DNA of 62,860 nt, filler included, from Asterionella formosa (GCA_002256025.1; 20 parts of 20 records of this genome joined end to end with filler, not necessarily neighbours in it); one strand, 5' to 3'. Shown: positions 36,680 through 50,039, counted from the first letter of the whole stretch. Notes: generated by a model not told the origin, from the letters alone. Program-made: numbers and translations.

Positions 36680-37203
36680 AAACGAAAGGAGGAGTTTGAT
36701 TGTATCACAGAATCTGCTGTTTGTTGTGTTTTGTCAGAACCAGAAAATGGAGTGTTTTATGAAAGAAGTATTCATTTTTTGATGAAGGTGTGGAGGCTTA
36801 TAAATTGAAGCCTTTATATCTTTTGGGGTTAGTAGGCTATTGCATTTTCTTTTGGAAGGACATTGAAAAATGATGCACATGGTCATGGTTGGATTTTTGA
36901 GCTCATTGCGATGAATCGCTTTTCACTCAATGTAAATGTTGCTTTGGAGAGTTTTTGTCTTTGGACGAATACAATCTGATTGAAACCTTTCCCTCAAATG
37001 AGTTACCGAAAAAAATCATGGCAATGGATGGAATGTATGTAACGCAAAACTTCAATTTTCCTGAAATCGACATGAGCTGGAAGTCTGGTCAAACAGTGTT
37101 TGGTGTTCAGGTACCTATATCAAAATACCACAATATGTTGGAAAAATTTACAGAAGTGTGTGACAAGGTTGGATGGCTAACAAAGCTTATGAAGGTGTAT
37201 CTG
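36680..37203 (+). pseudogene. Degenerate Crinkler/RHS-like C-terminal restriction-endonuclease-fold domain
   Basis: GHGWIFELIA...NFNFPEIDMSW...VFGVQVPISKYH resembles the G-x-x-FE...NFP-x-ID...Q-V-T-x-S-x-x-H pattern. Frameshifts and stops are present. Confidence 0.4.
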
Positions 37204-37815
37204 NNNNNNNNNNNNNNNNNNNNNNNNNNNNNNNNNNNNNNNNNNNNTTAATTAATTAANNNNNNNNNNNNNNNNNNNNNNNNNNNNNNNNNNNNNNNNN
37301 NNNTGAATTCCAAAAATATCGATCAAAAGCATACACCACGCTGTACTTGCTTCTTGAATTCAAAGTACCTGGGACCTAGACATAGGAAACGAAAATAGAA
37401 ATTCTCCGACTAAAACAGAATATCACTCTATAATTGCAAATGAAATTTGAATTATGAATTATTTGAATATTTTCACTAAAGAATAGAACAAAGTTTAGAT
37501 TAAGGTTCCTGCATTTGAACCCCTAGGCTAAAATTAAAATATTGCTTAGGGTTGCCAAATTCCCTGGAACTAAGAATTTTTATGAGTTAATTTTGAATGA
37601 CGTGATTCCATTTGAAATATTTGAATCACTGGAAATTTGCGCGTACATACATAGATTAGTTTTCGAATTCAATAAATATGTACATAAACATTCTCCATCG
37701 CTCAATGTTTATATACCCTATCATACAATCAACATATATATGTCAGACGAGCTGGCAGAATGGCAAATATTGTTGATGACTGCCGGTGAGAAACAAAAAA
37801 AAGCAACAATCAACC

Positions 37816-39037
37816 ATGAGCGAAATTACACATCAAAATGATGACAATGGTAATGAAAAATTTAACTACAGTCATGATAGTTGTCCTACCTGCCAATACC
37901 GGTTGATTGTAGAGTCGTATGTGGAGGGATGTGAGGATCACATCTTCTGCAAATGCTGCGATTTTTGCTGCCCCATATGTCAGTGCCAATGGGATGAAGT
38001 CGAAGAGTTGGTGGAGAAGTTTCTGGAAGGTGAATCCATTCTTACCAGGTTGAAGGATGAAGACATTACGGCATCAAGAGCCCGCAATCTTCTGTACAAG
38101 TTTCAAATCAGAGTTTTCAGTGGTCCATTGGGAAAAGGTGTTCGGATGCAACTTCCTGACTCTTGTTTGAAGGGGGTTCGATCTCTTTTGAAGAACAAGG
38201 ACCCAAACGAAATGTACACTGGTTTCAATATAGCGTCCAATGAAAATCAAAATTGGTGGACCTCTAAGATGCCTTCTTGTCCCCCTACAACAACCACTTC
38301 ACCAATTGAACTAGCAATCACATTGTCACCAATTAAAACAGACTGCTCTCAACTGAACACGAATCATATAATCGACTATAATACATTGTCGAAATTTCTG
38401 CAGGAAGATATGTATTGCAAAAGTTGTGTTAATAAATTTGTAAAAGAATATTGCAAACAATCACTTCGTGACTTTGTGACTTACTTTACATCAAATAGAC
38501 AACAAAAGCTGTCCATTGAACAGCAATGTGAATCATTTCTGGAGCAGGATGTGTTTGACTTTCCGATTTCAACAATGAAACAACCGTTGATTGTTGTCTC
38601 TACCAAAAATTACGGCTTGGCAAGCGAATTCAAAGTCTCTTGTTTGACCTGTCAGAAACTGATTTCTAAACTCGAACCTGCAAGAAGCAACAGCAATGGA
38701 GACAGAAATGATGAGATAAGAAATAACGCAATAGAAGCAAAACACTTTTCTATCAACAAACAGTTTATTTTGGGTTGTCACGAAGCCGGAATGGGACCAG
38801 CAGATGCAGATATCATCTGCTCCGCAATGAATCTTCCACTTACCTTTGGATTTTGGTCTACGCAAGGTAACTTTGGTGCAGTAGAGGAACTGGTAGGAAA
38901 CGCTGAAGTTACTGCAACCGCTCTTGCAATGAAAGAGGCGTGTCAGGAGGAAATATATCTGACACTGAATGTGCATGAACGAGGAGACTGGGCTGACAAA
39001 GGACGTGATTTTCAGTGGTGGAACAGTCTGACTGGTA
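37816..39037 (+). mobile_element. Transposon ORF: Cys-rich P2X7-ballast/KolX-like domain in frame with a Kolobok/'Mutator-like' transposase N-terminus (3'-truncated)
   Basis: RNLLYKFQIRVFSGPLGKGVRMQLPDSCLKGVRSLL..DPNEMYTGF, then CKSC...GLASEFKVSCLTC...INKQFILGCHEAGMG..ICSAMNLP. Confidence 0.6.
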
Positions 39038-39137
39038 NNNNNNNNNNNNNNNNNNNNNNNNNNNNNNNNNNNNNNNNNNNNTTAATTAATTAANNNNNNN
39101 NNNNNNNNNNNNNNNNNNNNNNNNNNNNNNNNNNNNN

Positions 39138-40629
39138 TAGAAGCTATCAAGGCTAACAACGGAGGTAAAATGCCATATGGCACTATTTCTAAAGTGGTGG
39201 AGGCTAGGAAAAGATTGCTCCCATGGCTATCAATTAACCATGTCAAGTACCAGATGAAGAAGAACAAGAAATTATTTAATGAGATTTACTCTAGTACTAC
39301 TACTCCGACCAGCACATTCTCAGCTGCTATGGGTAATGCCGCCTCATCATCGTCTCTGACTTTTGCTTCCCTTTCCACAATGTCGACCAGCGACTTTAAT
39401 GTTCCTAGGAACCTTGTCCCCGCCATCCCCAACAATTATGATTCCTCACCAGTAGCACCAGCAACCACTCCAGCAATTGATTTATTTTATTTGTTTCAAA
39501 CACAGCAGGACGAAGAGGAGGGTGGTGGTGAGATGATATCATTTGATAGCCAGCAGCTAAATGAGCTGACAAGCGCAGAGCAGAATGACACACACAATAT
39601 TGAACATACCTGTGAGAATTTTGGTGAGGGCGAGATGAGAACAGCAGATGCAGAAGGCAGTGTAAGTCAACAAACAACCAGCACAATAACCGGAGGAAGA
39701 CCAAAGGGTGCCACTGCAGCTGCTGTACGAGATGTTGAGCAACGACATGAAATTGCCATGAGGGAAATATGTGATTTGTATGCTGTTGCTCAAGAATATT
39801 TCAAAGATGCCAAGAGGCGAGTAAAAAATGGAACACTTGCGATGATCATAACAGAAGCAAAGGCAAGGAATGGGCTGCCAGAAGAAACTTTCATGAATTT
39901 GGTCAAGTTCTTACCTCCAACAGGACTGCAATTGCCAACCGTGGATGGGGCCCACTCAACTATAATGTTCTCAATCACTCTGAAATCCAACTTACAAAGA
40001 CAACATTGAAAAATGGCACCCAAAACAACAACACTGGAAATGATACTTCTCCCCAAGAATTAAAGCTGTCAGATGGATATGCTGGCACTCTAGTTGACCG
40101 TGTTGTTGAATACAGGAATCGTGAAGATGCTCGAAATGGAATCGACCTTGATGCCCAAGCCCGTCAACGCAAGGAAACTGCCCAAGCCCATCTCGACTCC
40201 CACAAGAAAAGAATCTCTGCCGGCCTATTGGCATCTGCTGGCATTCATGCTCTTGGACCAAATGTGCTTGCATCTGCACTGGTGAGAAAGAGAAAGGCAG
40301 AGGAACTGGTTACTGAGCGTCAAAACAAAAGGCAGCATGAATTTATGAAGCTACGGAACAAATTTATGGCTCTACGCGCAGCCAACAAGCCTGAGCATAT
40401 GCTGTCAGTTCCTGAAATTAAGTTCCTTGTGCGATGGTTTCGACGCAACGGAGATTTCCCGGTACCACAAACAAGACAAGCCCTAATTACCCGCTTGGGA
40501 GAGACCTCACACCGAGGAGACCAGCAGGCGCCAGCAGAAGAGATCAAAACTGCTGTGGTTCTTGCTGCGAGTACCATCCCCCCTATTCTCCCCCCTTGGC
40601 CTGGAGTTGACAATTGTGCTGGCACATAA
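39138..40629 (+). mobile_element. Internally deleted pogo/DDE_1-like transposase gene
   Basis: The N-terminal GGRPKGAT...KRRVKNGTLAMIITEAK joins near 39890, with a frameshift, to the C-terminal SNRTAIANRGWGPLNYNVLNH and KKRISAGLL. No catalytic core is seen. Confidence 0.5.
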
Positions 40630-41888
40630 GGGGGAAATTGAAATTCCAGCCGGACTGCCTTGCATGCTTCGGGCAAGGAAGAATATGAAGGGTGGCTGGC
40701 TGAGAGGAGAAATATGAAGGAAGCGACGAAACAAGGAGGCAGAAGCGGAAGCGGAGCAATGTGGAGGCGAAGGTGGAGAAGCAAACAAGCAATCAAACAA
40801 AAAATTCTCTCTTGGCTGACATCTGTCATAGTAGTAATACCAAACCAGTAGCCTGATGTAAGCAGAACACTNNNNNNNNNNNNNNNNNNNNNNNNNNNNN
40901 NNNNNNNNNNNNNNNTTAATTAATTAANNNNNNNNNNNNNNNNNNNNNNNNNNNNNNNNNNNNNNNNNNNNTGACACCGTTAAGTCGAACAATGGCAATG
41001 ACAGCAACAAACTGGTAAGAAATACGCCTCTGCCCGTTTCGTAGGAAATTCGCCACACCCAATGGTGATGTTGTGTTTGTTGCTGTACAGCATAGCTCGT
41101 CTTCTCGCTGCTGTTGCTCAGTGTACCAGGTACCTGGTACCTGGTACTGCTGCAGACGGGAAGTGGTGTACCGGTATTTTGCATTTTATCAAAAAGCTAA
41201 CTCGGACCGGGTTCCTAGTACCGTACAGTAACAGCTGTACCGGTATGCGAAGTGCAGCGTCATGACTGTTTTCAGTATGCATCACCAGTATCACAGCTGG
41301 CTGTGTGCCATATATAGATGATGCAAAACGGTATGTATACTGTGCAGGGCGTCAGCTTGTGCATGGTTAAAGTATAAGTACAGGTATACAGTACCTGGTA
41401 CCCTGGCTCGTACATTTTTACGCTCCCTGTGGGTGATGTTTTACCAGTTAGTTCCTTGTTCATATTTTATACATCTATCATCATCATGTACTGACATAAG
41501 GTACCAGTACCAGGGTACCGGTTGTCTACAAGAATTGCGAGCCTAGGTGCGAGGACTTTTCGACACTCGTTCGAATCAATGCATACGGTAGTTAGGGTCG
41601 TTCTTATCATTTTTTTTCGTGTATCACGGAATTTGAATTTTTTTGAAAATGTATCAGCAACGGTAACTCGATTTGAACTGAATTTCATTCATTCCAAAAG
41701 TGTCACTGTATCACTAATTTGTGATCACATTGTATCATGGAGTAACATGAATCTTCAACGGCAACTGGCTGGCGAAGATCATGTGTATATCCCTCCGGAA
41801 TATAATGATGGTCTTGATATCAAGCAACAACAAAATATAATTACCGGGAAACTAAATATAATATTAAAAACACACATTTGCATGAATC

Positions 41889-42705
41889 ATGTCGTCGCCA
41901 TTTGATTTACTTGATGATAATGACGATGACAGTAGTGATCTTGATTTCTTCTTCCTCTGTCATTTAGCTAAGGAAGCAGAGGAAAAAGAACACTCATCCA
42001 AACAACAAAGGCGACGCTGTAAACGGCAGCTTCAGTCATCTGAACGACGACGACAACGAAGGCACAAGTGGCACCACGAAAGAATCTCCTGGCAATCACA
42101 TGTCGAGAAACTCAATCACGAGATTGCTTTCGAGAAGACATACAGAATGTCACACAGAGCATTCAAAAAACTCACCTCCATGCTGGAAATTCAGATTGCA
42201 GGGAATTATTCCAAATGTGGCACTTCTGAGCCCATAATTCCCGAAATTGTGGTAGCCATTGGTTTGCGATGGCTGGCTGGTGGCAGTTACATCGACATTC
42301 GGCATGCCGACGGCTGTAGCATTGCTTCACTTTATCGATGTCGTGATTTGTTCATTGATGCTGTACTAAACTGTGGAGAACTCGAAATTGTTTTTCCAAA
42401 AGAAAAAGAAGAATTTATCAAATTGGCTTCCAGCTTTGAATGCAAAAGCTCAGAGGGCATGATGAGAGGATGTGTTGGTGCTATTGACGGCTTCCTAGCC
42501 ACCATCAACCGCCCGACTATAGTTGAAAGTGGCAACAACCCTGGTTCATTTTTTTCCGGTCACTACATGACTTATGGAATCAATGTCCAGGCTGTTTGTG
42601 ATGCTGACTCAAGATTTATTTATTTTGGTGTAATTGCACCGGGAAAATGCAGTGACCAAGTAGCTTTTGAACGAACTTCCATTTTCGATCGAGTTGCAGC
42701 ATTCA
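41889..42705 (+). mobile_element. PIF/Harbinger (HARBI1-like) DDE transposase, 3'-truncated by the contig end
   Basis: FEKTYRMSHRAF, LRWLAGGSY, GCVGAIDG, SGHYMTYGINVQAVCDADSRF and PGKCSD motifs. Open frame. Confidence 0.9.
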
Positions 42706-42805
42706 NNNNNNNNNNNNNNNNNNNNNNNNNNNNNNNNNNNNNNNNNNNNTTAATTAATTAANNNNNNNNNNNNNNNNNNNNNNNNNNNNNNNNNNNNNNN
42801 NNNNN

Positions 42806-43849
42806 CATTTTTGAGCCAGAACGAAGCCGAGATTTTCCATAGTGTAGTGGCGAAACTGCTTTACGTTTCGATCAGGGCAAGAGCGGATTTGCTACTGGCG
42901 GTCAGTTTCCTATGCACCAGGGTATCAAAAAGCACCAAACAAGATCAGCAAAAGCTACGACGGGTGTTGGAATACATAAATGGAAGTATGGATGTGGAAT
43001 ACACCATTGGAGCCGACGACATGGGCAAGATGAGGTCGTGGGTGGAAGCGGCTTTTGCCGTGCACCCTGACATGAAGAGCCACACCGGTGGCATGATGTC
43101 TTTTGGAACTGGAGGCATCATATGCAAGTCGACCAAGCAGAAATTGAACACAAAGAGTTCGACGGAGGCTGAATTTGTGGGTGCCAGCGACTATCTCCCG
43201 AACACACTGTGGGTAAAAATGTTTCTTGAAGCACAGGGATACAAGATTCAAGAAAGTTTCTTCGAACAAGACAACGAGAGCGCAATTAAACTCGAGAAGA
43301 ACGGACGAATCTCGGCAGGGCCAAAGTCTTGGCATATCAACATCCGCTATTTCTGGATTAAGGATCGATCGGTGGATGAAGGAATCACCATTCGCCATTG
43401 TCCAACGTTGGAAATGTTGGGGGATTTTTTTACGAAATCACTGCAAGGAAACCTGTTCAGAACATTCCGAAATGTGCTTCTAGGAGCTGCGCACGTCGAT
43501 ACCCTGACTGCCAGTTCCCTGGCAACAGCCGAGGAGCGTGTTGGAAAAATGCGAGCTGACTGCCACAGGACAGGCGTGAAGGGTATACCGGTAGTGGACA
43601 CGAGAGAGAACAGTACTACAGTTAAAACCGTACAGCCGCTACCAAGATTTACCTGGGCTGACGTGGTAAAAGGCACAACGCAAGGAAAAGCAATCAGAGG
43701 TCAGGAAAAAATGTTTAAGTGCAATGTGAGTACCGGTAATAAGAGTGTTTCGAGACCATTATCTCGAAACAATCCAGTTAGTAAAGTGAAAGTTTAAGTG
43801 TGACAACTTCCTCGTTGCTATCAATTTCATCAACTGTATTCGATTAACA
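42806..43849 (+). mobile_element. Copia (CoDi-like) RT C-terminus/RNase H plus PPT and 3' LTR (43539-43849)
   Basis: AVHPDMKSHTGG, KQKLNTKSSTEAE, EQDNESAI and HINIRYFWIKD motifs. GAGGAGCG|TGTTGG at 43531-43544. LTR end ...TTAACA at 43849. Confidence 0.88.
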
Positions 43850-43894
43850 CAGTACTAGGTTCAAGGCCTACGATACGGTCGAATACGGTAGTTG

Positions 43895-44460
43895 TTACAA
43901 CATGTCCCCACTGGGACACCAGACTAATGACACATCACCCTTTTTGACTCGGTTGCTAATGAAGAAATACCGAATATTGATATATTTTGTACGATTGCAG
44001 CTTTGAAGCCCTTCCATTCTTCTCCAGAAGAATAGCGCTTTTGTTGTCTTGGAATAAAAACTTTGTCCTGAACCTGGTAACCTTGATCTTCTATGAAATA
44101 CCAGGTCCAACAGGTCGCCGGCATGAAGTCATCAGCACCCACAATTTCAGTTTCCGTAGAACTGCGCGTGTTGAGCTTTTGCTTAGTGGAACTCACAATG
44201 GGGAATCCTCTTCCTAGAGAGAGTCCACCACCAGAATGTCCTCGCATGTTAGGTTGGACCGGCCTAGCACGTTTGGTGGCAAACAAAGTCTTGGCCACCA
44301 AGTTGTGAAACTCCACAGCTTTGTTTGATTAAAGCTTCTCACCGTCTTTGTCGATTCTGAAAAGATTTTCGGATGCGGCGCTTGTCTTAGTGCCACCTCC
44401 CTTGGGGTCTGCGTTGGCAAAAGCAGTCAGGATCTCGTTGGAACCCAGCAAATTGCAGTA
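43895..44460 (-). pseudogene. Second, degenerate and deleted copia RT/RNase H fragment in the opposite orientation
   Basis: FHNLVAKTLFATKRARP, MRGHSGGGLSLGRG, KQKLNTRSSTETE and INIRYFFI motifs. Frameshifted. Confidence 0.85.
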
Positions 44461-44643
44461 AATTTGTTGACACAAAGATATTGACATCACGGATATTCCT
44501 GCCCATCCACTGCTTAATAAATATGCTGGCTAGCTACTANNNNNNNNNNNNNNNNNNNNNNNNNNNNNNNNNNNNNNNNNNNNTTAATTAATTAANNNNN
44601 NNNNNNNNNNNNNNNNNNNNNNNNNNNNNNNNNNNNNNNAGAG

Positions 44644-45064
44644 TGTTAAAGTGAGCTCATCTACGTAGTTAGGACTCGGAGTCAAACGAGTCAAACGATT
44701 CGAATGAGTCCACTTTGATGTACCAAGCTCTCATCAACCACACATTATACTTTGCTACTCCGACTATAATGAGCCGGACAACATAAGCTATTTCGGAAGA
44801 CCGATAGTTTGAAATGAATGATCATGGTTAAATACCTATGATCAGTAAGTGTGAGATAGACATGGGTCTATCTATGATTGTATGTTCCTAGAAATGCAAA
44901 CAGCATTTGGAGAATAGTTCGTTTGTTTTGTTCAAACAGAACAACCTAAACTAGATTAGTAAACTCACAATAAGAATATAGAAACGGAAAGAGAAACGAA
45001 CGTCTCTATCTATAGTCTTCTTTGTCTAACGATATAGATCTATACAAAAGGTAATACTTTAACA
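44644..45064 (+). mobile_element. LTR (421 bp), solo or 3' LTR
   Basis: TGTTAAAGT...ACTTTAACA, a 9-bp terminal inverted repeat with TG/CA ends, preceded by purines (AGAG) at the contig edge. Confidence 0.65.
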
Positions 45065-46473
45065 CATGATCACATCAATATATTTATGCATCAATTATAT
45101 CTACAGCTTTATATATGATCGCAGCAGAGGTACCAGGTACCAGGTACCTGGTACCAGTACAAGGATACCAGTACCAGGAATTGTAGTACCTGGTAACCAG
45201 GGTACCGGGTACCTGGTGTCTGATACTGGTACCGAATCGTTTCTGTAATAAAAAAGTGTTTTACCGGACCTTCCTGGTACTTACTCCCAGTTGGAAGATG
45301 CTACGTATCTGTAGCTCTCACGCAGTAAAAATTGCTAGAAAAATGTTTCTACACAATTTGTTTGTTTTACTTTGTTTGCTAATAATTGTTTTTATAAAAG
45401 AGTGAGCTTAATGTAAATGTAAATTTGAATGTATAATTTTGAAACTTCCAAGCTCATGCATGTTTCAAAATAGAGGTGATCTTCGGAGGCGAGGTTCATT
45501 TGTGTTCCCAACTTGAACTGAGAATAAACTACATCCTCTTCCTAAATACACATTTGTCTTAATCTTGGCCTGTCTCAACTTAGGCCAGATGCTGTTTGAT
45601 CGAAGACTGCTTACAGAATGATCCTGTTAATCATAACTAGATCATATCTAGTTTGATTCTTTAATGTTCCTTGATGTTGCGGACATATCTGTAATTGTCT
45701 AGTCAATCATTTATTGATTTGGCTTCTAGGTCTGATCGTCTTCTAGAGTCCAATTAACAGGTTAGAGAGAACTTCTCCTGAAAGTTCCTCTCTCAACTGT
45801 GGCATTTTACACGCGATATTTAACCATGTGATCTTGAATCAATCATCTAGTGGATTGTGGTACATGTTCCTAATCAGGTCACTAGAGGCGAAAATATATT
45901 GACACTCATAACCTGATCAGGAATCAGGAATCTCTATGTGTTTCAACTCTCCCTGCTCCCTTGTATTTATTACCTGATTGTGTTAGTCAACATGTCAACA
46001 TACCTGTATCGTATGTAGCATGTAATGGTACCTGGTACCTGGTAATAAGGTACTCCACCAGATACCAGGTACCTGGAGTACCTGGTACCAGGTAGCATCA
46101 ATGAGCATGGATGAGCACTAACAAACTAACCGGTGGTATAGTCGACAAGAAATTCATGTCATTTCATGATCACTTTCATCATCATGTCATCCTCTGAAAT
46201 GTATACCGGTAAACAAAAATCCCTGGAAGCTCGTTTCCTAGCCCTGGAGAGTTCCCTTGGGTTGTTGCAACCCGTCAACACTGAGGCTTCGTCGTCAGCA
46301 TCATCATTCAGAATCAAGCATCTGGATCTGACCAGCCGCCTCGACGCACTGGAGTGTAAAATCAATTCCTTCGNNNNNNNNNNNNNNNNNNNNNNNNNNN
46401 NNNNNNNNNNNNNNNNNTTAATTAATTAANNNNNNNNNNNNNNNNNNNNNNNNNNNNNNNNNNNNNNNNNNNN

Positions 46474-47212
46474 GAAGTCTTTGCCGTCCTTTCTTGATGT
46501 TACTAATTTCACCATTTACTATGCCTAACTTCTTTTGTATAGTCAATATTGCGGTGGCAGCTGCGTCGTCGACGTCGCGCTGTTTGGGGGTAAATGCATC
46601 AAAGACAGAAGGCGATTCGATTTTCCTTTCCTTGGAGATTGACATTGCGAATTTTCTTTCACATTCCGGATTATTTATTGGTAATGCAACCTTTGCAAGG
46701 TTTTGCTTGGCGGGAGTTGAAGGCTGCAAATTCTGGAAGGGCTCGTTTGTTGGTGCCGGGTTGTTCCGATTTAAAATCTTGATTTGAGAAACTGGCGCCG
46801 CTTTTTCAGGCATGGATCCCTCAGAGCTAGTCTTGACTGTAGCTACTCCATATTTAGATCCCACTGTCTTGATAATAGCATCCGTAATCACTGGCTTGTG
46901 AGTCCCCCATGTTGAACCCCTCGGTAATGATGAAGAAACGACTGACGGGGTAGGGAGTGGCGGAAATTCCACATTCATTAGAGGCGGGGAAGCTGGGACG
47001 AACTGAGTTGATAATAATGAAACTCTGGTATTGCTCTGTGATGATGGAGTCGGTTTCTTAGGTTTCTTCTTTAGCGATTGTTGGTTGCGTTTGATATATT
47101 TTCGGGTCGTTTTCGCCATTGCTGGTCTCGTTGTTGCACTGAGCCCTTCCTGTACATCGTCTTGGGCAAGAATTCGTGGTTCTGTTCTCAGCGTATCTGC
47201 ATGTTTAGACAT
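46474..47212 (-). CDS. Hypothetical low-complexity K/P/S-rich protein, 3'-truncated
   Basis: About 245 open codons from the ATG at 47212. No recognisable domain. Confidence 0.45.
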
Positions 47213-48306
47213 GATGAAAAGAACAAGGACCGCGATTCATCGTGGAAGGTGCCCAATTTGTAATAACAAACTGATGGAAGAAGTAAGACGTGAAACGCTG
47301 CAAAGAGGGGCACTCAATTTGCTTCGTTGTTTAGGTATATGTCATACCAGTGGTATAGTCCACATGTCTACCGGTATACACGCGCCACATAATCATAAAT
47401 GAATACATGAATTTCCTGTTCCATAAAAAATGCATTGCTCTGCGTCTTGTTCATCATTTTAGGATACCGTAGTCGTAGGCGGTATACGGTCGACCTCGTA
47501 TGTTGTCTCACCTACGCAGCTACAGTCTGGTCCGTTTTAAATTACCAAGAAAACAAAAGCAAGATCTAATATTCAAAATATGGTGCATACATCTATGAAA
47601 TAAGGAGTTGGTAAATTTGTCAAGCTTTGCCAACAAGACTGAAGGTTCGCCCCTTCAGAAAGTTGGTTCATTTTAAGTATTTAAAGGGAACGTGATGCAA
47701 AATAGAATTGAAAGAATAGACAACTATAGTAGGATTAGCACTTGATAAGCAAATAGCAATAATTTGACAGAGGGATGGTCAAAAACACAGAACTAATAAG
47801 CGATGGAAGAATCCGTGGTACACAACACATCGCACAACCTATAGCAATCTAGAAGTGGAAAGATCGTGTTGGTGAAAATTACTAACTGTTTTACATCCGT
47901 AGCGTGCTGTGACCTAGGTTGATCCATGTAAATTTTCTCAATGAAAAGACGGCATGGGGCTTTACTTCTTCAAGCAATGCGTTCATCACATTATTTTGCA
48001 TTCCACCTTGAGCTCATGAAACCCTTGGCTCTACATCAGTTTTGTTGGAGCAAAAGTCTTAAAATGGGAGTTTTGTATGCATTCAATGATGCAATTTCAT
48101 TTAGTACAAAACATCCTTGCCTCCCAAGACAACTAAAACAGCAACAGCAGCCATGATGTAAAGCAAGACGTTGGTTTGGGGTTTGTCAGCATCCAAGCCA
48201 ACCTGANNNNNNNNNNNNNNNNNNNNNNNNNNNNNNNNNNNNNNNNNNNNTTAATTAATTAANNNNNNNNNNNNNNNNNNNNNNNNNNNNNNNNNNNNNN
48301 NNNNNN

Positions 48307-50039
48307 GCTTCCTGTAAAAAGGTTGCTTTCGGCATAGATCGTCGTCACGCCTTTAAGAGAGAAGAATTCGTCCGGAATAGTACTGCGAGAAATGTAAGAG
48401 AGTTTGAAAACACAAAGGTTTCAGGCGAAAAAATTGAATAGACTCACCCTGTCATCTGGTTGTTAGCGATATGAATTTCGGTTAGCTTCGCGGGAGCTGA
48501 TCCGATTCCTACAAGTGATTTGAGACTGGTGTTTGACATTTCCAGAGTTTGAAGTTTCGTGGCATCTGCAAAATCAGTAAATGATAGGTCAACATTGTTG
48601 TTGGTAAATCCAAGCAGCCGAATGGATGGCAGCTGGAAGATTTCCGAGGGTATCAGACCCTGTAGACCATATCCATTTAGACGCAATTCGCTGACACCGG
48701 AATCACCCCATTGGTTTACCTCGCAAAAAACACCTTCCCGTTGGCAGATCGGGACCCCTGGCTCCGCCCAGTTCTTGGACGACTTCCAGTAGGACCCACC
48801 TGTTGAAATGTACAGATTATCCAAAATTTCTTTTTCTTGGTTCATGGTTAAATTCTGAGCACAAACTGTAGATCCCATGTATTTGTTACCATTACAGGGT
48901 TGACATCCACTGGCTGCGCGAGCACTGGCCCTTCCATAGAGGTTCCAAGTATTGGAAGGACATAGGATGGCGTCGCAACTCTGGAGCAGTCCCACTTCTC
49001 CATTCATCCACATCGACTTCTGGCACAACTCTCGAGGAACGTGAATGAACTGATTGCCTTCAAGCTCTATGTCGACATCAAGAAACGCAGCCAACTCCAG
49101 CGGGATAGAACCAGTGAGTTTATTGAAAGAAAGACCTATCTTCATATGCTGTGACTTGTTCGCTACACCCTTCAAAAAGGTCGCTGGGATGGGACCTGAT
49201 ATTTCATTGGAGTCTATGGAAAACTCAATCAAATTAGGGAACTTATCAAATGCTGGGAGAGTACCTGTCAAATTTCCGAAAAATTGATGGACGTGAAACT
49301 TCTCTAATTTTACCAAATCACTAACTTGCGTAGGCAAGGTTCCAACGAATGCGTTTTCAGAAATGTCCAGAGTGCGGAGGTTAATCAACAATCCCAATTC
49401 AGTGGGGATATTCCCAGTAAGGTCATTATTGTAGAGGTTCAGGCTAATTGATGCCTTCGTGTTAGAAGCACAATCACATAATTTGGAACCGCATCAACGC
49501 AATAACTTACTCTGTCAATTTTGTGAGGAGTCCGATTTCGCTTGGTAATGTACCCGTCATGTATGCAAAAGGCATTTGCAAACTTTCAAGATTTATCAAA
49601 CCAAAGATTTCATTCGGAAAAGATTTTATGTCTAGGTCAATTCCTTCCAGTATTAGCTGCTTCAAACTCAAACCCAATGAAAGTTGGTTTAAATTGCCAA
49701 GCTTCGCACCAGCGAAATTTAGGTATTCGAGTACTTTGGCATGTGCAACCGAGGAGAAGCCGGTAATCGAGTTTGGGGCGACAGCATTTCTTGACAGATC
49801 CAAGCGCTTGAGTGCAGGCAACTCGAATATCAGGGGTGGAATTTGACCAGTCAAACCATTATTGCTCAAATTTATTTCTTCCACGAGATTCTGTGTATTG
49901 CATGTGATACCGAACCATTTGCAATAATTTAATGTCGACCCGTCGAGGGCCTCCAGTGCGGTCACTTGCAGAAGATTATCCAAAACGTCCCACCCAGTCC
50001 TATTAGCCCACTCCACCCCTCTTAACTCCACGTAGAGCA
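48307..50039 (-). CDS. Large plant-type LRR protein (partial); introns 49444-49510 and 48383-48447
   Basis: LxLxxNxLTGxIP repeats, caps YCKWFGITC and ICQREGVFC, and a Cys-rich CDAILCP...CQPC module. GT-AG introns restore the frame. Confidence 0.9.

Noticed and set aside
46186..46373. N-terminus of a coiled-coil protein (dynactin p22-like impression)
   Set aside because: Only ~60 codons before the contig end, too little to support a call.
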